A stretch of DNA of 64,000 nucleotides from Prorocentrum cordatum. Lineage: Eukaryota. The notes below the pieces were generated by a model. It was not told where the DNA came from, did not search any database, and worked only from the letters and a program-made list of their open reading frames with translations. The translations under genes and the position numbers were made by a program. Location of the stretch: assembly GCA_963575745.1 (NCBI GenBank), contig CAUYUJ010000114.1, forward strand, positions 1 to 64,000, in the 5' to 3' direction. Within the stretch, counting starts at the first letter, position 1; each line of letters starts with the position of its first letter. Shown here in pieces: positions 53,796-64,000 of the stretch.

Positions 53796-54751
53796 TATCC
53801 GCCGGCCCCCTTGTGGGGCCACCAGGCTGTAGGCCCGTGATTCGCAGTTTCCTGTACCAGTCGTAGGTTGTAGTTTCCAGTGTTACAGTTCTGCTTCTTG
53901 CTGGTTACTGTAACTAGTTGACTTATTGCTGGTTACTGTAACTAGTTGATTGACCGCGCGAGGGGGGGGAGGCCCAAAGTGGCTTTTTAGCGTCCCCTGG
54001 GCGCGTTGTCTGAATTGCTGGGGGGGCTCGAAATCGACACCCCTCACGCAGATCCGCGGGGTCAGGGTCCAAAAACACAAGGGATTTGCCACATTTCTGA
54101 AATTCGGTGCCACCCCTCACGCAGATCCGCGGGTTCAGGGTCCAAAAACACAGGGATTTGCCACATTTCTGAAATTCGGTGCCACCCCTCACGCAGATCC
54201 GCGGGGTCAGGGTCCAAAAACACAGGGATTTGCCACATTTCTGAAATTCGGTGCCACCCCTCACGCAGATCCGCGGGGTCAGGGTCCAAAAACACAAGGG
54301 GATTTGCCACATTTCTGAAATTCGGTGCCACCCCTCACGCAGATCCGCGGGGTCAGGGTCCAAAAACACAAGGGATTTGCCACATTTCTAAAATTCGGTG
54401 CCACCCCTCACGCAGATCCGCGGGGTCAGGGTCCAAAAACACGGGATGATTTGGGGTCATTTGGGACGCTTCACGCACATCCATCGCAAGGCGTGGTAAC
54501 CCAAACTGCGAGAACTCCCTCGGCCCTTTAATCGCAAGGTGTGGTAACCAAGCCCGTAAACCATACACGTCTTACCAATCGCCAGGTGTGGTAACCCCTC
54601 TTGTGATCAGTTGGTTCTGCTGATTGCGAATCGGCTTCGCATGAAGTTTCGATACTGCTTCACGACAGCGCCAAGGCCTCATGACTTAGCTCTTCCATGG
54701 CCCATTATCCGAGAGAGGGGGCCGGCGGCAGGGGGCGAAGCCCTTACGGAT
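53796..54751 (+). mobile_element. subTIR+hairpin element, copy D, carrying a 72-74-bp tandem array
   Basis: CCGCCGGCCCCCT at 53799-53811 is inverted at 54716-54728; hairpin GGGC-GAA-GCCC at 54733-54743; ends in GAT. Confidence 0.7.
54038..54448. repeat. 72-74-bp tandem repeat, about 5.5 near-identical copies
   Basis: cacccctcacgcagatccgcggg starts at 54038, 54111, 54183, 54255, 54329 and 54402. Confidence 0.97.
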
Positions 54752-55259
54752 AAACATCAGTCCAATACAAATTTCATGAAACGAAAGAGGGGAGAATAAG
54801 AGAGAGAGAGAGAGAGAGAACGAGAGCGGGGCTTCGGGGCTGACAGGATAACGCGTTCTTTCAACACGTATCCTAAATCTTTGCAGGCCCGAGCCAGGTC
54901 CTTGGGTTTCTCTCCAAGCAAAGGCAGCTCCCATAATGCAATCGGCGGGAGCGACCCGGTAGAAAATACATAAAGAGCTCGACTGGTTCATCAAATAGAA
55001 ATCCGCACAGATAACACTGACCCGAATCAAAAAAACTGCCACGCATCACGCGCCTAAAACCAGCATCACAAAATAAAACGGGACTGGGAGAGGGAGACAG
55101 AGTGGGCAACTCGGCTGAGACCGCAGAGTTGCGCCACAACGAGCAACGACCAGGACCGGCCGCCCTGGCAGCGACAAAACATCCTGGTCCCGAGAGCAAG
55201 AGAGAGGAGGGGGGATGAATAGAGAGGCTCACGCACGCAGCTTGTCCTCAACCACAAAG

Positions 55260-57600
55260 TCTCTTCTCCATCTCAGCGCCTCCTGTCACGAATTTGCCGT
55301 TCTGCGACAGCTCCTTCATCTTCTGTTGCCATCGTTCTCGAGCCACACGTCGAGACGTCTTCACCACCTCCGCTCTGAACTCGATACTCCACGTTCAACG
55401 TTGATGTGCCTCCTTCAGGTGGTCGGCCGGCATGTCTTTCGTCAAGACGTCACTCGGCACATTTCTGCCGTCCGTCCATCGCGCACTCGTCTGTGGCCGG
55501 TCCAGGATCTCCCTGGTGCTCGCCAACTCCAGGTTCACGGACTTCTGAGCCGAACTTCCGACTCAAGCGTCCGAGTTTAGTCTGTCATGGCCATCCTCGG
55601 AGTCCGTTACCACCGACGCCGGCACAAGCCAGCCTGACAATTTCATACCAGCGCCTCTCGGCGTCGGCCCACACAGCATCTCCGCGATCTGGCCCCGGAG
55701 GCCCTGCGCTACGTCGACCGCGTCGCCAACTGCAATCACCTCCGCCAAGTACGAATTCCTGGCTGCTCTCTTCAGCTTGTGGCTCTTGCCCCCCAGCAGC
55801 GAGAACCGGCCGACACCTCCGTCCACGAGCTGTCGATCTGCAAACAGAATCAAGTAGCCGCCCTGCGCATCTATCTTCTCCGTGGCGGGGTCCGCCTGCA
55901 GCGCGGTGCCGCCCGCCATCGCGTTGCCCAGTGAGCTGTCCGAAATGACCACCAAGCCGAAGCGCTTGCGATCGATCGGTCGCATCACCAGCTGGAACGT
56001 CGCGCCCCGCTTGAGCTCCCTCATTACCTGGTTCGCCTTGATGAACGCAGCGACTCAAGGTCTTTTCCTGCGGCCCTTCTCACGCTGCATGATCGCCAGG
56101 TCGTGCGAGTAGTCGACCCTCAGCTTCGTCACCAGCCAAATGATTGTCCCAACCACCTGCTGGTACTGCTTCCAGTCCGTCGCGTTCATCGGCATGTGAG
56201 CTTCGTCCCGTCTGCTTCTTGGTTTCGCCACTGGTCCCAGACCTGCAACATACTCCATCATATCAATGTGGATCGCTCCTCCAGGTTTCGGACGAAACCT
56301 CCGACGACAGAAAGCGAAATCATCGTACTCCTCACTCCCGAAGCCGAATTCCTTGCCCAGGGCGCCCATCACCTTCGACGTCTTCTAGTTGCCAATCCAA
56401 AGGAAGTCGTCCACGCGAATACAAACGCATCCCCAGAGACTATCAGCTCCTCGATGATTCGCCTTCGGGTCGTGTAGTACAAGGAAAGCAGGATCTGAAC
56501 GCGCGGCCTCGAGTCCAAGCTTCCGAGCAGCTGAGATAACCTTCGAGCACCATAGCCTCGGAGCGGTGGGTAACCCATAGACACCCTTACGAACTCGAGC
56601 CAAACGACCTCGTGGAAAACCAGCAAGGGCCGGTCCATGATGCGGAGCACGAATGACTAGTCCGCGTTCGTCAACTTCACCTTTCAAGAAAGCTCCACTA
56701 ACATCTTTGGAACCGAACTTCCACTCAGGATGAGAGGCCGCCACCTGCGCCAAAATCATCTCCGATTGCGTCGTAGCACACGGGGCGCCCGCTCGAACAT
56801 TAGCCTTTTCATCCGACCTACCAGGGCCCCCGCTGTTGACCACCAATCTGGCGTTCGCCTTCAGCGGCAAATTGTTCGCCTCAGTCCTCAGCGGGTCGTT
56901 CTAGTCCGTCAACACCCAGCGCACGCACTCACGATGTAGTCGCCCTTGCCAGTTCGCTTCATCGACTCCTCCAGCTCGGCCGACTCCTTCTCCGAGAGCA
57001 CCTCCACCGACTCGGCGTCAATCCACTTCGTCCACTGCGACGTGGCCGCCTCCTCATAATTGACCTTGATCGGCGGGCCCGCCCGGCCCCAGACCTTCTC
57101 CTTCCGCGCCTGCCCCTGCGCGAGCATCGCCTCAAGCTTCGAGTCGGTCCTCTCCTGCGTCTCCACGCAGTCCAGGGAAGCGTCGCCTGTCAACATCTGG
57201 CGCCTTGTTGCTCAGCCAGTCCGACGCTCCCTTCGCCACGATCTGAACCCACAACGCGCCATCAGGATGATGAGGTCCAGGTGGCCCCACGCGTCCTCCA
57301 CGAGATGGGGCCTCTGGAAGCTCAGCTCCTTCTGCATCTCGCTCACTCCCTGCGCACCCTTCTCCTGGTCATCCAATCCTCCTGGACTTCACGAAAGGGC
57401 GACGCACTGGGCGCGAGGTTCCCGTAGGGACCGAACTGGCCGTCAGGTTGATATCGTAGTCTCGTCGTTCTCGTCTGCATGGTCTCCGCTACTCGCATCA
57501 ACTTCGATCGATCCGAATCTCCTCCTTGACCTTTCAGCCTCTCCGCCACTTCCTCCAGAAAGTCAGTCTTGCCACTCTGAGGTGCCCCGCTCAGACCCGA
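55260..57600 (-). pseudogene. Ty1/copia pol remnant (RVT_2 reverse transcriptase and RNase H), 5'-truncated and frameshifted
   Basis: KANARLVV, DVSGAFLKG, KGVYGLPTAPRLW, IRVDDFL, then ISDSSLGN, AQGGY, KSHKLKRAARNSYLAE, VTDS and NVPSDVLTK. Confidence 0.93.
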
Positions 57601-57698
57601 AAGAGTAAAGCTGGGCAGCGGGTCGTCTCGTCTTTTAGGGTCGGTCCCCCTGCAACTTTGCTTAGAGCCTCCTGTCGCTTATCTCCTGGCCCTGCCGC

Positions 57699-58127
57699 TT
57701 ATCATCTGGCGTTTCCAGAGAGGCCTGCCACTTATCTTTTGGCGTTCCCAGAGAGGCCTGCCACTTATCTGTTGGCGTTCCCAGAGAGGCATGCCACTCA
57801 TCTTTTGGCGTTCCCAGAGAGGCCTGTCACTTATCTTTTGGCGTTCCCAGAGAGGCCTGCCACTTATCTTTTGGCGTTCCCAGAGAGGCCTGCCACTCAT
57901 CTCTTGGCGTTCCCAGAGAGGCCTGCCACTCATCTTTTGGCGTTCCCAGAGAGGCCTGCCACTTATCTTTTGGCGTTCCCAGAGAGGCCTGCCACTTATC
58001 TTTTGGCGTTCCCAGAGAGGCCTGCCACTTATCTTTTGGCGTTCCCAGAGAGGCCTGCCACTTATCTTTTGGCGTTCCCAGAGAGGCCTGCCACTTATCT
58101 TTTGGCGTTCCCAGAGAGGCCTGCCAC
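57699..58127. repeat. 33-bp minisatellite, 13 copies (TTATCTTTTGGCGTTCCCAGAGAGGCCTGCCAC)
   Basis: Direct count. Confidence 0.98.
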
Positions 58128-58350
58128 TTGCCATGCCGCTTATCCTGCCGCTTATATCTCGGCCCTGCCGCTTGCCCTGCCGCTTATATCCGCTTATCCT
58201 GCCGCTTATCTTTTCCTACCTCGAAACACGCTGTTACACTGTTTGGGGTCCACGGTCCGCCACTGTTCGGGGCCCGCGGTCCACGCGGGGCAACATTCGA
58301 CGACGACAACGACGACGACGCACGACGACGACGACGACCGACCGACCGAC

Positions 58351-58384
<34 letters not shown>

Positions 58385-59026
58385 GCACGCGGCGGCGCGC
58401 GCGCGGAGGCACGCGCGCGCGCGCCCCGCGCGCGCGGCCGGCGGCGATGGCGACGACGACGGGCGACGGGAGGACGAGGATGAGGACGAACGGAGGACGG
58501 AGGGCAGGTGGCAGGTGCAAGGAGGGGAGGAATGAAGGGAAAGGAGGAGGCGGTGAGGAGGCGCGAGGCGCTGCGGAGTCAAAACAAGGACCCAACACCA
58601 CAGGATTAGTTCGAGGTAAGGGGTTGTGTGCGCGCGTGTATGTGGGCGTGGCACTAAACGTACCTCCAGCGGAGAGGCACAACGCTGAGCGGCCGCGATG
58701 AGGAGAGGGAAGATGGAAGATGGGAGGAGGCTTATTTTGAGGAAGGGCCAGGGGTCGGATGACGAATGGAGGATGGAGGAATCAAGGCAGGACGCATGGA
58801 GCAGGGGAGCTGGGGGGAAGATGAGGAGGGCGAGGGCGTGGGAAATAGGAGAAGGGAGAAGGCGCACTCGAGACTGGAGAGGGAGGAGGAGGAGAGGAGG
58901 AGGAGGCATAGGGCATAAGAACAGCTGCGCTCTGCACTCCCGGCCCCGCCCAGTCGGAGCCGCTAGCGCCAGGCTCCAAGCTAGGCGCCAGGCGAGTGAC
59001 GCCCCAAAACCGAATTACCAAAATAC

Positions 59027-62000
59027 CTAAGCTGAGGCTGCCGCGGAGGTGCCATGCTCGGAGGATGGCGGCGGCTCGTCCTTCTCCTTGGTGCTGAGCT
59101 GCTTCAGCGCGATCCCCAGCGGGGCCGGGATAGTGAGATCCTCGACGGTCTTAAGGCACTGCTCGGCCATGGCGTCGCGGGACTCGCCGGGCTGAAGGCC
59201 CCTCCAGATCGTCTGCGAGCAAAGCAGAATGCCCATCACGTTATGATAGCTCGCGTACTCATCGCCCGTGTAAGTCCCGATGCAGGCGTCCAGCGTGGCA
59301 ACGGCAATCTCGATGTTAATCGTGTCCTTGATGGTGATGGCAGTCTTGCGAATGTTATCCAGGCAAGTCTTGGCCTTCTGGGACTTCGTGAACGTTCTGT
59401 AGTACTTCACAGCTTCCTCGCTCTTGACCAGATCCATGATATTGTTGATGCGGTCGGTCGTGTAGTCGCCCTCGTTGCAGAGGGAAGTCAGTTTAGTCAG
59501 TTTTTCACCCGCCATCAGCTTCTGGAGTTCCGTAATCAGGCTGGCGCCGGCCGCGACGCCCGAGTCGAGGACCGCCGCGGCTGCGGCATCGAAACGATCG
59601 CGGTTTACCTTGAGGATGGACACCGCCCGCTCAAGAGCCCTGGGCTCCAGGCCCTCAGCAGACTTCATCGAGTTGACCATCTTCTCCGCGAGGGCAACGA
59701 ACTGAACGCTGGAGTGGATGTCCTGCATCGTTTTGACATGCGCATCACCCTTTGAACTCAACTCTGCGTTGTTAAAGGTTTTAGCCACATCATCGCTCTT
59801 CAACACGCGTTGCCCCACGTGCAAGATCGGCTGGGTCAAGATGAGCAGGCATGCACGGAGCGCAGTGGGCGAGGTGTTGCATGCGAAACCCACGCCGAGC
59901 CATTTGGCGAACTTGTCGAAGTAAACGTCCAAGCGGGCGAGGCTCGCCAACTCGGTAACCTCGCCTACCTTCTCCTTCAGAAAGATCACCTTCAAGAAAG
60001 TAGTCGTTTCCTCATGTAGGGCCAGTTCTGGATCAAGAACTGCATCTGGCTGACCCTCAGTCTGCTCGGGCGCCTTGTCGAGCCACTCGGCCACCAGCTT
60101 AGCGAAACTAGAGGGGCAGATTGTTTCAATGCCCCTAAATCCTACCTCCCACCTGTCGTCAGTTACCAAGGGCCCCCAGCTTCGCGCTTCGCGCTGCGCG
60201 AAGCGCGAAGTGCGAGTAACTTCGCGCTCTCGCGCCGCCTCCCAGGGGAGAAAAGGAGGATGAGGAATCGGAGCCGAACCGCGAAGCGCGAAGCGCGAAT
60301 AACTTCGCGCCCTCGAGGGCGCCCTTGGTTACCCGCCCAGGAGGAGGAGCGCGGGGGATATGGTCTGGAGGTTGGAGGAGGACAGCGGACAAGGAGTCGG
60401 GGCAGGAGACGGGCAAATGAGAGGAATGAGGAAGGGGGATGGGGTTGGAGGAGAAGAGGATTGGAGCAGGGAGCAGGGGCCCCCACGAAACCCAGCACAC
60501 AGAACCTCTGGAAGGGCGTGGTCGTCTGCACGACCTTCGTGGAGAGAGCTTTCGTGACCTCAGTCCTCATCCAACCCTCGAACTTGGCAACCTCTTCCCC
60601 AGCCCAACTTGCGACGCGCGCGGCTCTGGGCCCGAGCTGCGCAAAGTAGTCCGCCAGACCCTTGACCTGGGCCGTCCTGACATCAAGGCCCGTCTTCTTC
60701 TTGGACACCTCGGCGATGGCAGATGCTGCACGGCCACCTTCCCCGACTGAAAAAAAAAGCTCGTCGACCTCCTTGGCCTTATCCACGCCGGCAATGTCGT
60801 TGATGCCGAGCTGCTTCATCGACCCGAACTCCGTGAGCGCCTTGTCGAAGCTCTCGGAGATCCTGGTCAAAAACTCGCCGTCGACGTTGCCGCTGAGCCC
60901 GTCCGTGAGTTTCAAGACTTGGTTCACGCGTGTAACCGCGTCCTCTAGGGCGACCTTCTGGCGAGACCTGCAGTACGCAACGACGGAGTTGACGATGGCG
61001 TCTCTATGGTCGAAGACCTGCTTCATCTTGCCCGCATTGAGCTGCCTGTAGCCTTCGGAAAGCTTCCCATCGAGCTCCAGCGCATTGATGCAGAAAGTCT
61101 TGAGATTTTTGCGGTTGTCGATTACGATAGGGCCGCGGAGATCAGCGTCAGTCTTCGGCGCGAATACTGGCACAGTGGAGATCGACGACACCAGCTTGTC
61201 AAGGTTCTGCGAGCACTGGAGGTCTTGCTTGGACTGCAACACAAGCTCGTCAATCTTGGCCGTGATGTGCCGCCCGGCGGGCAGAAATAAGCAGATCTGA
61301 TGGAACCTGTGGTTGCGATCCTCGTTGATCTTGGTCTTCGCAGCCGCTCCCTCTGTCAAAGCCCGCGCCTTCTCCTCGGCTGGGAGCGAGTCCCTGATAT
61401 GAGGCATGCATCCCATTACCTTTGCCATCTGGTCCAACTGGGGCTTGAATGTCACGGTCTCCTCGACGTTCTCGATGATCGTCACGGGCGCAGTGAGCGC
61501 CTGGAGCGTTTTCATCATCATGTCGAGTGACTCGGGCTTGTTAACATCCGTCGTCCTGACTGTGTCCAGGAGCTGCCGCATGATTAACTTCTCCTGGATG
61601 GGGGCAACCTTCGACTGATCGTGAATCTGAGCCTGCAACGTGACTCCGCGTCCGCTTCCACCGCCGCCGCTCCGCTGAACCACCGCCGTGGCGCGTTCGA
61701 AGTCCTTGTCGGCAATGGCCTTGGTGAGGGAACGGTGCAGAACGGAGAACGTCAGGGACTCTGGAATTGCCAATCCCGAAGTACGAGCGGTTACCATGGC
61801 ATCGAGCAAGCCGTCGCCGCCCTCCTTTCAGGGCGGGCGGAGATATCAGAGAAAGAGCCCGCGCCAGGGCTCAGGACTCAGGGCCCACGGCCAAAACGGC
61901 CTAGGGGGGGGCAGGGCGAGTAGGAGGAAGGAGGAAGGCGGGGGTCTCTGGGGCAGTGGGCAGTTGGAAGATAAGTATGAGGAAAATGCGAGGAGGCGGG

Positions 62001-63914
62001 AGGGCGGGGGCGGTGTCCAGCTCGCAGCTCGACGCCCCCCGCTTCGAGCTTCGACGCTTCGACCCCTAGAGTTGCAATTAGACGTTTGTTGTCATCTGTA
62101 ATATATATATATATATATATATATATCATCTATAAGCAGTAATTCGCTTATCGCCTATACACTATACAACGTGGTTTTGTCAAATAGGGCGGGGGTGGGT
62201 CGTGGAATATCTATTATCAAATGTCTAGCGGCTAGCGAGGGGCGAGGGACGAGGGACGAGGGATGTGTATTGTCGTATTTCGGAAGGGCTGATTCGACGC
62301 CCGACTCCCGACTCCTCCTGCTTGCTCTGAAGATTGGTGACCAGTGGCGTAGCAGCATCGATCTTGGAATTGATATCGTTCATCTCGCCGAGGAGCTTGT
62401 CGACGCTGTCCAAGGCGCCGCTAGCGCCAGTGATCAACTCCTCCGAGCCCGACGTGAGGATCTTAATCTTATCAGGTCCTAGAGCGATGTTCATCTTCTT
62501 CTTGAGTGAAGTCATGTTGGTCGTCGTGACTCCGTGGACCATCTGCTCGTCTTCGAGCCTATGGATCACGCCCTGGCACTCCAACAAGGCTGCCTTTGCG
62601 AACTGCTCGGCGCCCGCTCGTTTCTTGCGGTCGCCGCTGCTGCCTCCGCCACCACCGCCACCCGAGCCGCCGCCTGCGCCGCCTGCGCTGCCTCCTGCGC
62701 CTCCGCGGCCTCCTCCGCCGCCGCCGTTGCCGCGGCGGTTGCCGCCGCCGCCGCCGTCGCCCATCGCCATCACCGCCGGCGCTGTTCGAGCTCTTGCCAC
62801 CTTTAGACTTGACGATGGGTCCGAAGAGAGCGTCGTAGGGGTCATAGTCCTTGTCGTCGCTGTCGGCGCCGGCCTTCCTCTTCTTCGCGTCGGGCAGCTT
62901 GACCTTCACGTAGTTGCCATCCGCATCGCCCGCCGCTTTAGTCGCGTCGTTGCCCTTGGTTATGGTTGGCTTCAACTTGGCCGCTACCTTCTTGAAGGCC
63001 GCGTCAGCGTCGTTCGCCGGGAGCTCGTTGTGCACGGTGACTTCAGCGCCAGATATCGAGCTCAGCTCAATGCACCCAGCAATGAACGGGATCGTTGATG
63101 AGAGTGCGATTCCTGGAAGGAGCGCCCGAACACAGTACACAAGTACACAGTGAGCGCGAGGAGCAGAGAACCGCTCCTCTCTCTCGAATCTCGAATCTCG
63201 AACGAAGAACGAATAATGAAGAACAAAGAATGCTGACGGGTGAAGGGTGAAGGGCGAAGGGTGAAGGGGCGAGAGGATGAGAGTTGAGAGTCCAAAGTCT
63301 AGTGGCAACTGGCAACTGGCAGCTGTCGACTGTCGAACGAGTAGGAGCAGGGAGGAGAGAGGAGGGGAGACAGGAGACAAGAGACAAAGGAAGGGGCGGG
63401 GGAGATGGGAGATGGGGCGAGGATCGAGGAGTCGAGGGGGAGGGATGGCGTTACGAGTTCATTGTCCAGTGTCCAGTCCTGTGAGGTCGGTGTTACCATG
63501 CCTGTGCTGCGTGCTGAAAGACGCAGGCAACTTCTTGCTGAAGTGTTCCTCGTAGATCGCCTTCGGCCAGCATGCCCCGCACTTCATCTTGCCCACCAGC
63601 TTGAGAGTCTCCGTGGCTCCAACAGTCTTCCTCGACTTCTTCGCGCGCCGCTTCCCAGAATGATCGGCGGCGTCAAATTCCTCCTGCTCCTGTCTGAACC
63701 GCTTCTGTCTCTCTGGTCCATCCCTCTCGATGTCCTTCTCAAGCTGCTTCCTCTCATCCTTATCAGCGTAGTTCCACTGGAGGTAGCTCGTGCACTGCCG
63801 ACACTGACAGCCCTCTCCGCCGCGAGTCCAGGTTACCTCCAAGCTGGAACGCCCGCACCACTTGCAGAACTTCTCCCTGTTGGAACCCTCGCTCCCCGAG
63901 TTGGATACGGGCAT
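59027..63914 (-). CDS. Four-exon gene, ~1224-aa hypothetical protein with N-terminal CKWC-x15-CQCRQC Zn-finger-like motif, Gly-rich linker and long helical region; exons 63914-63479, 63112-62318, 61824-60506, 60152-59027; one extra base at 62760-62762
   Basis: Long ORFs rich in G/C at third codon positions join in phase at GA-AG, GA-AG and GT-AG introns, each with an AG|G acceptor (LTG|IAL, SKQ|EGG, FQR|WEV). Confidence 0.8.
62098..62126. repeat. (TA)n microsatellite in intron 2
   Basis: Direct inspection. Confidence 0.95.
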
Positions 63915-64000
63915 CGCTGGAGCCCGGCAGCCCGTGGACGTAGGATCCCAGATGAGTTGTGAGTAGGGCAAGCACAGCAACCTGCACAAAACAAACTCCT

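Noticed and set aside
54800..55260. 3' LTR and polypurine tract of the second copia
   Set aside because: A purine-rich stretch exists near 55260-55274 on the minus strand, but there is no second LTR in the window to define boundaries.
54038..58127. 72-74-bp and 33-bp arrays as CRISPR arrays
   Set aside because: Pure tandem repeats with no unique spacers.

Overview
Repeat-dominated, GC-rich eukaryotic genomic DNA. It is most likely from a dinoflagellate. This is inferred from GA/GC/GT splice donors with AG|G acceptors, a degenerate spliced-leader relic and copia Gag/RNase H of the type common in dinoflagellates. Almost all ORFs in the supplied track are artefacts of microsatellites and satellites. 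Supported coding content: (1) an intronless, putative retrogene ORF at 404-1171 (+); (2) three tiny phase-compatible exons of a nucleotide-sugar transporter (SLC35D/GONST-like) on the minus strand at 21784-21712, 17864-17777 and 16696-16655, which no ORF in the track calls; (3) a 4-exon gene of about 1224 aa on the minus strand at 63914-59027, with an N-terminal Cys cluster and one frameshift. Mobile DNA: a 9.3-kb LTR-bounded copia relic (29932-39199) inserted in a satellite, with gag on the minus strand, an inverted RNase H plus SGNH-like segment on the plus strand and an internal duplication; a second decayed copia pol (55260-57600); a LINE RT scrap; a MITE; and a (CCT)n-flanked dispersed element in four copies. 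The most notable pattern is a set of non-coding elements sharing one architecture: a subterminal inverted repeat and a covarying GAA/GTAA-loop hairpin before an AAT/GAT end. They carry different tandem-repeat cargoes and resemble Helentron-associated (HINE/DINE-1-like) satellite carriers. No rRNA, tRNA or CRISPR array was recognised.
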